This document shows, one piece after another, positions 9,192 through 18,851 of a stretch of DNA of 64,000 bases. Source of the DNA: an uncultured archaeon (lineage in GTDB: Archaea > CAYFZR01); assembly GCA_964347835.1 (NCBI GenBank), contig CAYFZR010000068.1, positions 8,030 to 72,029 of the forward strand. The letters run 5' to 3'. The notes below the pieces were generated by a model. That model did no database searches. It saw only the letters and a program-made list of their open reading frames with translations, and had not been told where the DNA came from. The position numbers were made by a program, and so were the translations under genes. Within the stretch, counting starts at the first letter, position 1, and each line of letters starts with the position of its first letter.

Positions 9192-9491
9192 TTAAGGAGC
9201 GTAGAATTTTTTTATCTCAAATATTACGGTACCACCTTCTGTATAAGGCTCGCCGGGGTCGACACATTGGACATACGCTTTGTCTTTTTCTTTAGAAAGT
9301 CCCAATTCGATGGGGTCTGCACCGCTTCTTAGGGCAACGATGTAATGGAGTAATGAAGCCAGTGCATGGGTGCATATAGAATCAGTTTGTTTTAAATCTA
9401 TTTCTGGACCTTTAATCATGATTTTGTCCCCTAATTTGTGAACCGGGCATTTACCCTTTATTTCTTTTACAGTAATGCATAGATCATGCAT
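9192..9491 (-). CDS. Small Cys-containing protein (TIGR04076-like)
   Basis: 99 aa; Cys and His residues ('CPVHK', 'CTHAL'); 4 nt downstream of the radical SAM gene. Confidence 0.45.
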   Translation of the reverse strand: MHDLCITVKEIKGKCPVHKLGDKIMIKGPEIDLKQTDSICTHALASLLHYIVALRSGADPIELGLSKEKDKAYVQCVDPGEPYTEGGTVIFEIKKFYAP

Positions 9492-9495
9492 AATC

Positions 9496-10530
9496 TCACC
9501 CGCCAGTTATGGTTCTCACCATCTCGTATTCTTCCATAGTCCTAACGAATACGCCTATGTTGCCAAGTCTTACATGATTTAAAAAAGGCTTCACCGAGAA
9601 ATATGTTGTCATCATCTCGTATATGGTAGGTGAGCGAAGATCATTCAATTTATATGAAGGAAAAAAGGCTAATATAGTGAAAGGGATGTTTTTATCGATT
9701 TCGCTCAATAATTGCGCTATCTTTAAGATCTGATCTCTTTCGACCATGCTAGGAATGTAAAGTGTAAGCACCTCAACGACAAAATCCATATCTTTCAGTA
9801 TAAAGGGCAGTTCCAGTATTTTTTCATTGGAAGCGCCTGTAAGTTTTTTGTGTACATCACTGTCGAATGCCTTTATGTCAAGCCAAAAAGAATCTACACC
9901 GCTTCCTTTCAATTTCTCGAGGTTTTGAGAAGTCAATCCGTATCCATTGGTCTCAATCAAGACCCATATATCGTCTAATTCCTTTTTTATTAGTTTAGAA
10001 CATTCTTCGTAAAATTCTGGTCTGCACGCAATGTCGCCCCCGGTAAAACCGACTATATTCCTGGCTGGTCCCCAACCCTGTGGGCTCCACACGATCTGAT
10101 CAACATCAAGAACTTTTGGACAGTACTTAGATCTCTCTCCAGATATACATCTTCCACACGACAAACAAAGGTCTTGCGCATGAAATGAGGTTGCTCTCTT
10201 TCGCGGCTCGTAATATGTAATATCTTCGCTATAATCCAGTACTATATTTGCAATGTCATGAGGAGAAAACCACTCTCCGCTCGCTTTTTGAGAAAACTCG
10301 CTGGAGTGACATTTTAAACAACTGAAGTTACATCCGCTTTGGTAAATGGAAAAGTAGTGCTCAGGTCTAGATAAATGGGCACTCTTTATGAGTCTATAAA
10401 CTTTGTCATCAATGTATTTTAATGTAGCCTGACAGGCCCTTCTTTTGCTCCCGTCTATATCGATTGTTAAACAACTACCTTGCTCAAAACCCTGTTTTAT
10501 AAGCCTGCATTCACTCATAATACAATACAA
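9496..10530 (-). CDS. Radical SAM enzyme (activase-like)
   Basis: 'GCNFSCLKC' CX3CX2C motif; 'FTGGD' SAM-binding-like motif; additional Cys clusters. Confidence 0.8.
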   Translation of the reverse strand: MYCIMSECRLIKQGFEQGSCLTIDIDGSKRRACQATLKYIDDKVYRLIKSAHLSRPEHYFSIYQSGCNFSCLKCHSSEFSQKASGEWFSPHDIANIVLDYSEDITYYEPRKRATSFHAQDLCLSCGRCISGERSKYCPKVLDVDQIVWSPQGWGPARNIVGFTGGDIACRPEFYEECSKLIKKELDDIWVLIETNGYGLTSQNLEKLKGSGVDSFWLDIKAFDSDVHKKLTGASNEKILELPFILKDMDFVVEVLTLYIPSMVERDQILKIAQLLSEIDKNIPFTILAFFPSYKLNDLRSPTIYEMMTTYFSVKPFLNHVRLGNIGVFVRTMEEYEMVRTITGG

Positions 10531-11149
10531 CTACTTTCGGGGCTTCAGGTAATCTCTCTTTGTCCACAATTAAGACCCTTTGTCTTTCAACTTCTGTCTT
10601 ATTTTTCAGGAACTCGCTCAAAGGCCCGATGGGTAAAGTAACCGCGTCTGTCTTATAGTGCATTGGTACGATTATACTTGGTTTCAATTGCTCGATTACA
10701 ATATCGGCCTCCCTCGGATCTATTGTGAAGGTTCCACCTACCGGTATAAACAATACATCAACCTCTCCGATATCTTCGATTTGGGTCTCATCCAAAATGT
10801 GTCCAAGATCGCCTAAGTGGCAAAACCTGATTCCGTCTACCTCAAAGACGAAAACCGTATTTTTTCCTCGCATTCTACCTTTGGAATCGTCGTGAAATGT
10901 TTGAATACCTTTAAATTCAATTTTTTCTGCTTTTTTCTCTCCTTCTCCTTTAATTACAGATGGTTTTCCCCTTAAAACATCTACTTTGTTATGATCGAAG
11001 TGATCATGACTTACAAGAGCAATATCTGCTTTCACATCCGGCGTTCTATATCCTATATCCTTCTCAGTGAAGGGGTCCGTAACAATACAAATACCGTCTC
11101 TATCTGTTATTTTAAAACAGGCATGCCCTAACCATTCTATTTCAACCAT
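10511..11149 (-). CDS. MBL-fold metallo-hydrolase
   Basis: 'SHDHFDHN' HxHxDH motif; 212 aa. Confidence 0.8.
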   Translation of the reverse strand: MVEIEWLGHACFKITDRDGICIVTDPFTEKDIGYRTPDVKADIALVSHDHFDHNKVDVLRGKPSVIKGEGEKKAEKIEFKGIQTFHDDSKGRMRGKNTVFVFEVDGIRFCHLGDLGHILDETQIEDIGEVDVLFIPVGGTFTIDPREADIVIEQLKPSIIVPMHYKTDAVTLPIGPLSEFLKNKTEVERQRVLIVDKERLPEAPKVVVLYYE

Positions 11150-11165
11150 CTTTAACCCTCGAAGT

Positions 11166-11513
11166 TTATATATATCTCGATAGTATTGGTATTTCGGTTT
11201 TTTCTCCTAAAAAAGCCTTTATAGCCAGATATAAATAAAGTGCTGTTCCAGCGATAGCCACTACCAACCATCCAACGCCCAATAGAAGCCAAACGAGCCA
11301 TCCAAGAAAGGGAATCTTTACAAATATTGCTCCAAGGACACTCAAAATGATATAAACTCCTATTAATACGAGACCTAGCACAATGCTTTGTCTGGCATGA
11401 AATCTGCAAAAACCACTTTCTGATTTTATGAAGTACACAACGATACCGCCTATAAATCCTAAAGGAAAATACGCAAGAAGTCCGAAGAGTCTTTCGTCCT
11501 CAGATGTCACCAA
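11166..11513 (-). CDS. DUF4870-like small membrane protein
   Basis: 'LAYFPLGFIGGIVVYFI...RFHARQSIVLG' signature; a paralog sits at 53399..53719. Confidence 0.55.
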   Translation of the reverse strand: MVTSEDERLFGLLAYFPLGFIGGIVVYFIKSESGFCRFHARQSIVLGLVLIGVYIILSVLGAIFVKIPFLGWLVWLLLGVGWLVVAIAGTALYLYLAIKAFLGEKTEIPILSRYI

Positions 11514-11573
11514 AACACCTCCATGTTCATTAATTGGACATCTGACTATATAACATTTTATCCCTGAATTCCA

Positions 11574-12101
11574 TCAGAGGATAAGTAATAAAAACACCAC
11601 TATTGGAGTTGTAAAGATCGAAATTCCTAAAGAATAACCAAATTTAGTCGAATATTCCGAGGATGAGAGTCTATATGCGATGTGGAATCCATCCGTTTCT
11701 TTACTTATTAAAGAAGATATCAAATAAAACATGAGAGAAACGAAGGCAAAACATCCTAAAAAGCCGCTATTAAGAATATTTGAGAAAATATTCGCTATAA
11801 GTGCTGATAAAAGATTAAATGTGGGGCCTGCGGAATATATTTTTAATATGGATATCATATCTGCATCATCAAAAGATTTTTCATCGAATTCTATTCCGAA
11901 TCCTTTCCAAAATAATTTGAATCCCTTAATTTTTATATTTTCGTTGGAAGCAACAAGAATATGCCCTACTTCATGAATAAAAAGAGACAATGCCGTGGAT
12001 GCGAGTAAATAGGATAGGGATGCTGAGAAATTTAGTGTTTTGAAAATGAGTATAAAAATACTGATAGAGAAAACCGGGAATATACTCACGACATTCAGCA
12101 A
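11574..12101 (-). CDS. Membrane protein with HExxH motif (putative intramembrane zinc metalloprotease-like)
   Basis: 'LFIHEVGHIL' inside a multi-TM protein. Confidence 0.45.
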   Translation of the reverse strand: MLNVVSIFPVFSISIFILIFKTLNFSASLSYLLASTALSLFIHEVGHILVASNENIKIKGFKLFWKGFGIEFDEKSFDDADMISILKIYSAGPTFNLLSALIANIFSNILNSGFLGCFAFVSLMFYLISSLISKETDGFHIAYRLSSSEYSTKFGYSLGISIFTTPIVVFLLLIL

Positions 12102-12202
12102 ACTAATTAATCCTAGTAAATTTAAAACGCCATTATACCTTAATTCTACCCCCGAACAAATTATATATCACATCAGTAATATGTGTATTGTTTGCCGAAA
12201 AA

Positions 12203-12277
12203 GCCCGGTAGTGTAGCGGTCAATCATAGGGGACTCTGGATCCCTTGACGGCGGTTCGAATCCGCCCCGGGCTATTA
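12203..12277 (+). tRNA. tRNA-Gln (anticodon CUG)
   Basis: Acceptor GCCCGGT/CCCGGGC, T-arm GGCGGTTCGAATCCGCC, anticodon stem-loop GGGGA-CTCTGGA-TCCCT (CUG). Confidence 0.7.
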
Positions 12278-12446
12278 TTTCATTGTATTTAAGATGTGAT
12301 TCCTTTGATTTTTCTGTTCTTGTAGCAATTTCTTCTAATGTATTCCAAATTTGGGAATGATGTACATTAAATATAATATTTGGTAATGGTAATGAATATG
12401 AAACATTTTGAAGAGAGAGCAGCGGCTTGTGGGTGGTAACGTAATT

Positions 12447-12902
12447 ATGAGTCAATTTTCATTAACACAGGTTTTCTTAATTTGGATTGTTGGATTTGGC
12501 ATGCTCTCTTATGTGTTGAAAAACAAAGTTTCAGAGATTTTCCTGAAATCTAAACTCCCAGAAATAATAAATTATTACATCATACTTACTCCTTTGGTCC
12601 TCATTGAAGAATTTCTAACCTGTGAAACACAGCCATATCTTTCATGCATCAAAATAACTCTCCCTGCATTTTATATCCTATTTATTTTTTTATACTTAAT
12701 TCAAAGATACTCAAAATTGAATTATGTTGCTGTAAGTTTCGTTTTCGGTCTAATAGGATGGTTTAATGAGTTTATCATTGTCGGAAGAATAAATAAGCTA
12801 TCCCCCCCCATTATAATATTATTTACAGCGTTGGTGATTTCAATATATGCTGTTATTGCCATATTACCGTCCTATTATCTTGAAAAATCTCTGAATAGAT
12901 AA
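12447..12902 (+). CDS. Hypothetical multi-pass membrane protein
   Basis: Hydrophobic ORF; the ORF-track start at 12408 is probably too early, the internal Met ('MSQFSLTQVF') more likely. Confidence 0.35.
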   Translation: MSQFSLTQVFLIWIVGFGMLSYVLKNKVSEIFLKSKLPEIINYYIILTPLVLIEEFLTCETQPYLSCIKITLPAFYILFIFLYLIQRYSKLNYVAVSFVFGLIGWFNEFIIVGRINKLSPPIIILFTALVISIYAVIAILPSYYLEKSLNR

Positions 12903-13087
12903 CTATCGAACTCTAGTGCACGAAAAAAAGGAGAAGATATTGAAAAGAGTTATTCTTGTTCTTCCAATTACATATGGGGGCTTTATTTCCGTTCGGGCGA
13001 CTTTCTGGTTTCAAGTTCAGTTTTACCAAAATATAACTCATTTATATACGTAATCGAAATATACAAGGAATCTCATAGTTTAATTAA

Positions 13088-15391
13088 ATGTTCAAGTCAG
13101 TAAGGATAATTGTGACAGGAATTGTCCAAGCAGTAGGCTTTAGACCTTTTATTTATCGAATTGCGAAGAAAAAAAATCTTAATGGATTCGTACGGAACAT
13201 TGGAAATGCTGTAGAAATTTCTGTATCAGGAGAAGAAGAGGATATTAATTGGTTTATTACAGAAATAAAAAACGATCATCCTCCGCTAGCAGAAATAGAT
13301 AACGTACTCGTTGAAGAAATAGATAAAAAAGATTTTTACGAGTTTAGGATCGTAGCGAGCAAGTCAAAATTTTTGGAAACTGCGTCCATAATTCCCTCAG
13401 ATACAGCCATATGCGACGACTGTTTGAGGGAATTGTTTGATCCAAATGACAGGAGATATGGATATCCTTTTACCGTTTGTACGAATTGTGGTCCGCGATT
13501 CACAATAATAAATGGAATTCCTTACGATAGAAAGCACACAACCATGGTTGAATTCCGTATGTGCAAACCTTGTCGTATGGAATACACAACACCGGTTGAT
13601 AGACGATATCATGCCGAACCCATTGCGTGTTGGGATTGTGGTCCTCGTGTTTTTCTTTTGAATAATAAAGGGGCAGAGGTATCGCAAGATATTTTTGAAG
13701 TGACAAGACTCGTAGATGAGGGGAATATAGTAGCGATTAAAGGAATGGGTGGCTTTCATATTGCATGTAAAACGAGCGATGACGAAGTCGTGCTAAGATT
13801 AAGAAACAGACTAAGAAGGAGAGAACAGCCCTTCGCAATAATGGCAAAAGATTTTAAGGCTGTAAAAAAATTCGTAGAAATAGATAAGATTGAAAAAACA
13901 GAAATAGAGACGACAAACAGACCAATACTCGTATTAAATAAGCGAGAGCCTTTTTTACTCTCTGAGTATGTTGCTCCGGGATTGCACACTATAGGAGTAA
14001 TGCTACCTTACTCAGGACTTCAAAATCTTCTGATGAAAAATACCAGAGAACACGCATGGATTATGACGAGCGCGAATTTTCCGGGTGAACCTATGATCAC
14101 TGGCAAAGAAGAAGCGATCCAAAAATTGAATGGTGTGGTAGATTATTACTTAGTTCACAACAGAGAGATAGAAAATAGATGTGATGATTCTGTAATCAGG
14201 TTTGTGGATAAAAAAAGAACGTTTTTAAGGAGATCGAGGGGTTTTGTCCCCAGACAAATAAATTTAGAGTTAGAGTTTCCAAAAGTAGTTGGACTGGGCG
14301 CAGAATTAGATGTCACAATATCTATCTTAAAGGGAAAAAAATGTTACCTATCTCAGTATATTGGAGATGTGAGTCACTTTGCCACCCTAGAATTTCTGAA
14401 GTCTGCTCTTAAACACATGATGAAAATAACAGATATTAAAGACTTTGATACGGTCGCATGTGACTTGCACCCAGATTTCAATACCACGAAATATGCAAAT
14501 GAACTTACCAAAAACGTTTTTCAGGTTCAACATCACCATTCTCACATCGTTTCTCTCATGGCAGAGAAAAATATCTCTGATCCGATAATTGGTATAGCTT
14601 GCGATGGAATGGGGTATGGGCTAGATGGAATATGGGGTGGTGAGATAATACTCTCAAGTTTAGATGACTTTGATAGACTTGCTTCTCTCAGTCCATATCC
14701 AATGATCGGAGGTGACCTAGCAACTAGATATCCCAGCAGGGTTTTGTTAGGAATCTTGAATGATGTTGTAGAGAGAAGTCGAATAAAAAAATACTTTGAG
14801 AATGTAAACTACAGAGGATTTAAACACGGCAAAAAAGAATTTGAGATTTGTTTAAGACAGTTAGACAATAAAATAAATGTTTTTAAAGCAACAAGCATGG
14901 GAAGGGTTTTGGATTCTATTTCTGCTTTATTAAACATATGTTTAGAGCGTACCTACGAGGGTGAACCAGCAATGAAATTGGAGTCTTACGCGAGAAAAGG
15001 AGAGGCAAAAATTAAGTTACCAATAGAGTTTCAAAAAATTAATGGAGTAAAATACTTTGATGTGGGCTTGATTTTAAAAGAAATATTTGAGGACAAATCC
15101 AAACCAAAAGATCTTGCTGCTTCTGCCCAAAAAACACTAGCAGAGGGGTTAGCCATATTATCTAGTGAATTTTCAGATAAATATGGTTTTCCAGTAGGTA
15201 TGAGTGGAGGAGTCGCGTACAATGAAAGTATAGTAAAGATTATAAAAGAGTATCTCGAAGAAGAAGGCTTAAAGTTTTTTACTCATACTCTAGTACCGCC
15301 AGGAGACGGTGGATTGGCTCTAGGGCAGGCTGTTGTGGCTGGCGCTAAAATTTCAAATGAATTAAAACCTGAAATTTTCTATCTCAGTTAG
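13088..15391 (+). CDS. hypF: [NiFe]-hydrogenase maturation carbamoyltransferase HypF
   Basis: Acylphosphatase domain ('VTGIVQAVGFRPFIYRIA'), two Zn-finger CxxC pairs, YrdC-like and Kae1-like C-terminal regions; 767 aa. Confidence 0.9.
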   Translation: MFKSVRIIVTGIVQAVGFRPFIYRIAKKKNLNGFVRNIGNAVEISVSGEEEDINWFITEIKNDHPPLAEIDNVLVEEIDKKDFYEFRIVASKSKFLETASIIPSDTAICDDCLRELFDPNDRRYGYPFTVCTNCGPRFTIINGIPYDRKHTTMVEFRMCKPCRMEYTTPVDRRYHAEPIACWDCGPRVFLLNNKGAEVSQDIFEVTRLVDEGNIVAIKGMGGFHIACKTSDDEVVLRLRNRLRRREQPFAIMAKDFKAVKKFVEIDKIEKTEIETTNRPILVLNKREPFLLSEYVAPGLHTIGVMLPYSGLQNLLMKNTREHAWIMTSANFPGEPMITGKEEAIQKLNGVVDYYLVHNREIENRCDDSVIRFVDKKRTFLRRSRGFVPRQINLELEFPKVVGLGAELDVTISILKGKKCYLSQYIGDVSHFATLEFLKSALKHMMKITDIKDFDTVACDLHPDFNTTKYANELTKNVFQVQHHHSHIVSLMAEKNISDPIIGIACDGMGYGLDGIWGGEIILSSLDDFDRLASLSPYPMIGGDLATRYPSRVLLGILNDVVERSRIKKYFENVNYRGFKHGKKEFEICLRQLDNKINVFKATSMGRVLDSISALLNICLERTYEGEPAMKLESYARKGEAKIKLPIEFQKINGVKYFDVGLILKEIFEDKSKPKDLAASAQKTLAEGLAILSSEFSDKYGFPVGMSGGVAYNESIVKIIKEYLEEEGLKFFTHTLVPPGDGGLALGQAVVAGAKISNELKPEIFYLS

Positions 15392-15829
15392 GATCAGTTG
15401 TATAACCTTCGGAATAGATTCCTCTACCTTGGGCGTACATCTTTCATCAAAAGTTGTACAATCTTCTATCTCTACGGCGTATATAGTAATCTCCTCTGGT
15501 ATTTTCTCCGGTGTTAGAATCCTGCCCGTCTCTAAAACTGTTTGTAAGTCCACGACATGAGTAGATTTTATGTTTGGGGATTTTGGAAGGTCTTCGGGTT
15601 TTAACCTATATACCTCTCCTGGTACTCCTTCCCTAGTTTTTATCGCATCTACAATGATGACTTTTTGGTAATCGACTATGTAATCCAGTAAATCTAGACC
15701 GCCTACGCTCGCTTCATTTAGATCGACATTATCTGGAATTTCTATCTTCCCCATTTGTTTAATGACATGCGGACCAACGCCATCATCTCTCAAAAGGGGA
15801 TTTCCAATGCCCAGGACCAAAATCCTCAT
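15362..15829 (-). CDS. Hydrogenase maturation endopeptidase (HycI/HybD family)
   Basis: 'MRILVLGIGNPLLRDDGVGPHV' N-terminal signature. Confidence 0.85.
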   Translation of the reverse strand: MRILVLGIGNPLLRDDGVGPHVIKQMGKIEIPDNVDLNEASVGGLDLLDYIVDYQKVIIVDAIKTREGVPGEVYRLKPEDLPKSPNIKSTHVVDLQTVLETGRILTPEKIPEEITIYAVEIEDCTTFDERCTPKVEESIPKVIQLILTEIENFRF

Positions 15830-16905
15830 GCAACCACCGCTTCGTATTTATAAGCCACCTGACAACTTCCTTCGACAGAGACCATGCAGGGACCCAAAGG
15901 AGAGGCAGGAGTACATTTTTTGCCAAATAATTTACATTCTCTCGGTTTTTTATTTCCTCTCAAAATCTCTCCGCAGAGGCATTCTTTGTAGAATGGAGGC
16001 GCATCTTGAAATTCTAAATCAAATTTTTCTAAAGCATCGTATTTTTTGTTTTCTTCTTTAAGTTTAAGAGAAGCATTTGGAATGACCGGAAAACCTCTCC
16101 ACCTTCTAGATTCTGCATCAAATACCTTTTCCATTAATTCTTTAGCGAGTATGTTTCCTTCTTGCCTAACTGATCTTTTGTATTCGTTGAATACAGAGTT
16201 TTCATTCTCTTTTAACATCTTCAATATCATTAATATACTGAGTAATACATCATTAGGCTCAAAACCAGTAATTGCCTGAGGAATATTGTATTTCTTGGAA
16301 ATAGGTATGTAAGGCTCAACACCAATAATCGTAGAAACATGGCCCGGCTCTATAAGGGCATCTAACTCTATTTCTTCAGTATTAAGCAAAAAATCGATTG
16401 CAGGAGGAATTAGCCTGTGAGAGCAGATTATAGAGAAATTTTCTGGTAACTCTCTTCTTAAAATACTTGCTGTAGAAGGGGCTGTGGTCTCAAAACCTAT
16501 CGCAGAAAATATAACCTCTTCTTTAGAATTTTTAGCGTGTTTTAAGACGTCTAATGGGGAGTATACTATTCCTATATCGCATCCCTCTCCCCTCACGTCG
16601 TACAAAGACTTTTTACTTCCTGGAACTCTAAGTAAATCACCATAAATAAATACTTTATTACCCTCTAAGGCTAATTTTATCGCCACATCTATTTCTTCGG
16701 GAGGAGTTATACATACAGGACATCCTGGGCCTGCAACCACCTCTATGTTCCCAGGTAGTAATGAACGGATACCGTATCTGGCTATCGTGTCTTCATGGGT
16801 TCCACAAACATGCATAATTCTAACTAAATCGGATTCTTTTGAGAAGATATTTATCTTTTCGACCAGTAATTTAGTTACTTCTTCTTTACTGTAATAATCT
16901 AGCAT
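15826..16905 (-). CDS. hypD: Hydrogenase maturation factor HypD
   Basis: 'CGTHE', 'GPGCPVC', 'CMVSVEG' motifs; 359 aa. Confidence 0.9.
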   Translation of the reverse strand: MLDYYSKEEVTKLLVEKINIFSKESDLVRIMHVCGTHEDTIARYGIRSLLPGNIEVVAGPGCPVCITPPEEIDVAIKLALEGNKVFIYGDLLRVPGSKKSLYDVRGEGCDIGIVYSPLDVLKHAKNSKEEVIFSAIGFETTAPSTASILRRELPENFSIICSHRLIPPAIDFLLNTEEIELDALIEPGHVSTIIGVEPYIPISKKYNIPQAITGFEPNDVLLSILMILKMLKENENSVFNEYKRSVRQEGNILAKELMEKVFDAESRRWRGFPVIPNASLKLKEENKKYDALEKFDLEFQDAPPFYKECLCGEILRGNKKPRECKLFGKKCTPASPLGPCMVSVEGSCQVAYKYEAVVA

Positions 16906-17123
16906 TATATTGTCTCCAAAAGTTCTTCCCAGAGTTTTAAAGATTCTAGTGCTTCCTCTCTTGATAAAATCTGGATTGCATAGCCAACGTGGATTATTAC
17001 ATAGTCTCCAGGTTCTACCTTTTCCAAAAGAGAGACATCTACTTCCCTCTTAACGCCGCCAATATCTACTAATGCTGTATCATCCCTTAATTCCAATACC
17101 AGTCCGGGTATGGCGAGACACAA
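16905..17123 (-). CDS. hypC: Hydrogenase maturation factor HypC
   Basis: 'CLAIPG' N-terminus; the canonical Met-Cys start is given by a TTG three codons inside the ORF-track start. Confidence 0.8.
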   Translation of the reverse strand: MCLAIPGLVLELRDDTALVDIGGVKREVDVSLLEKVEPGDYVIIHVGYAIQILSREEALESLKLWEELLETI

Positions 17124-17179
17124 ATATAGCAACCCAACAAAATAAGAGATTAGAACATATTTAAAAATAGGGTGAAATA

Positions 17180-18190
17180 ATGAAGGTCACCTTAGCCCAT
17201 GGTTCAGGAGGAGAACTCACCAATAGACTCATAGAAAAAATCATAATGAAAAATATTAAATTAAAGGAGATAAAAGAAGGAGTAGGCATTCCCGCTTTAG
17301 ATGATGGAGCAAGTATACCTTTCGATGACTTCGATATCGTTTTAACTACAGATTCTCATACGGTTAAGCCGATATTCTTTCCAGGAGGAGACATAGGAAA
17401 ACTCTCTTTTTGTGGCACGATTAACGATCTTGCAGTAATGGGGGCAAAACCTCTGGCAATGTTATCTTCCATTGTTATTGAAGAAGGATTTGGCATCTCG
17501 GATCTAGAAAAGATACTTAAATCGATGGATAAGATGAGCAAAGAGATAAGCGTGCCCATAATCGGCGGAGACACAAAGGTTATGGGCAAGGGAGAATTGG
17601 ACGAAATAATCATAACCACAACAGGAATAGGTATTGCTAACAAAAAATCGCTTACTTTAGATTCAAATGTAAAAATTGGGGACAAGATAATTGTCTCTGG
17701 TACATTAGGAGATCACGGAATCGCTATTTTAACAAGCAGAGAAGGTTTTGAGGTAGAGGGAGAAATAAGATCAGATTTAGCTGAAATTTGGACAATGGTA
17801 AAGGATGTCCTTAATAAAGTAAACGCAATGAAGGATCCTACCAGAGGCGGGCTTTCTGCCGCGCTAACAGATTTTGCCTCGAAGTCAAAAGTTGGCTTAG
17901 AAATCTACGAGCAAAAGATTCCAATAAAAAAGGAAGTGGACGCGATATGTGAGATGCTGGGGTTAAATCCTTATGATCTTACGAACGAGGGTAAAGTGAT
18001 AATTGCTGTAAGTCCCCAAAACGCTGATTACGTTTTGAAACATCTGAAATCTACGCCGCAAGGAAGAGAGGCTCAAATTATTGGCGAAGCCGTGGATACC
18101 AATGTAGGAAAGGTCGTGTTGAATACATTAGTCGGGGGGAAGAGATTTTTGGAAAGACCCGTTGGAGATCCTATTCCTAGGATCTGTTGA
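17180..18190 (+). CDS. hypE: Hydrogenase maturation factor HypE
   Basis: AIR-synthase-like fold with C-terminal '...PRIC' (Cys carbamoylation site). Confidence 0.9.
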   Translation: MKVTLAHGSGGELTNRLIEKIIMKNIKLKEIKEGVGIPALDDGASIPFDDFDIVLTTDSHTVKPIFFPGGDIGKLSFCGTINDLAVMGAKPLAMLSSIVIEEGFGISDLEKILKSMDKMSKEISVPIIGGDTKVMGKGELDEIIITTTGIGIANKKSLTLDSNVKIGDKIIVSGTLGDHGIAILTSREGFEVEGEIRSDLAEIWTMVKDVLNKVNAMKDPTRGGLSAALTDFASKSKVGLEIYEQKIPIKKEVDAICEMLGLNPYDLTNEGKVIIAVSPQNADYVLKHLKSTPQGREAQIIGEAVDTNVGKVVLNTLVGGKRFLERPVGDPIPRIC

Positions 18191-18192
18191 TC

Positions 18193-18567
18193 TTATTTGC
18201 TCCTTTCTTCAACTTCCATGTTAATTTTTTCGATTACACATTCGTCTCCTTTTTTTATTTTAGGTATCCCATCGCATCTTGGACACTTTACGTAGAGCAA
18301 CTGATGAAATTCTTCTTTGTATTCTAAAGGTCCACTGTAACCACAACTACATTCACCTTCTGCCCTCTGCTTTTTCACCTTAAAATCAGCACCCTTAATA
18401 ATATCGTCTTGAATTATTGAGTTTAGTAAAAATATAAGTTGTTCAGGATCTATAAGGGTCAACTCTCCTAAAACTAATTCTACAGAGGTTACTTTTAATG
18501 CATTTTGCTTTTTTGCTTCTTTTTTAACTTCTTCTAAAATGGTTGTCGCGAATCCTACCTCATGCAT
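18193..18567 (-). CDS. hypA: Hydrogenase nickel insertion protein HypA
   Basis: 'MHEVG' N-terminus and C-terminal CxxC...CxxC zinc site. Confidence 0.8.
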   Translation of the reverse strand: MHEVGFATTILEEVKKEAKKQNALKVTSVELVLGELTLIDPEQLIFLLNSIIQDDIIKGADFKVKKQRAEGECSCGYSGPLEYKEEFHQLLYVKCPRCDGIPKIKKGDECVIEKINMEVEERSK

Positions 18568-18698
18568 GTATCCACCATTTACAATGAGTATGGCTATAAT
18601 TTTATAAACTTTTTATTTACAATTTATTATTTTTAAATATAACCGTGTTATAGCCTCTATTATCATTATTTTTCATTTTAAAGCATTTATTAGTGAGA

Positions 18699-18713
18699 AA
18701 CTATTAAATAGTT
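18699..18713. promoter_or_regulatory. Perfect 15-bp palindrome AACTATT-A-AATAGTT in the divergent hypA/hdrA intergenic region (candidate operator)
   Basis: Read directly in the 284-bp AT-rich divergent promoter region, about 140 nt upstream of hdrA. Confidence 0.3.
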
Positions 18714-18851
18714 GAGTCTTAATATATATTAATAAAATGGAAAATAAATTTGAATTTGATTTAAAAAAAAGCATAAATTACTACCAAACAATCAAGACCT
18801 ACTCTGTTTTACCAGTTACATTTTCGATTTATTCTTTTGGAGGCTTCCTGA

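Noticed and set aside
11152-11409. Alternative minus-strand ORF overlapping the DUF4870-like gene in another frame
   Set aside because: The 11166..11513 frame gives a recognisable DUF4870-like membrane protein and the alternative has no signature.
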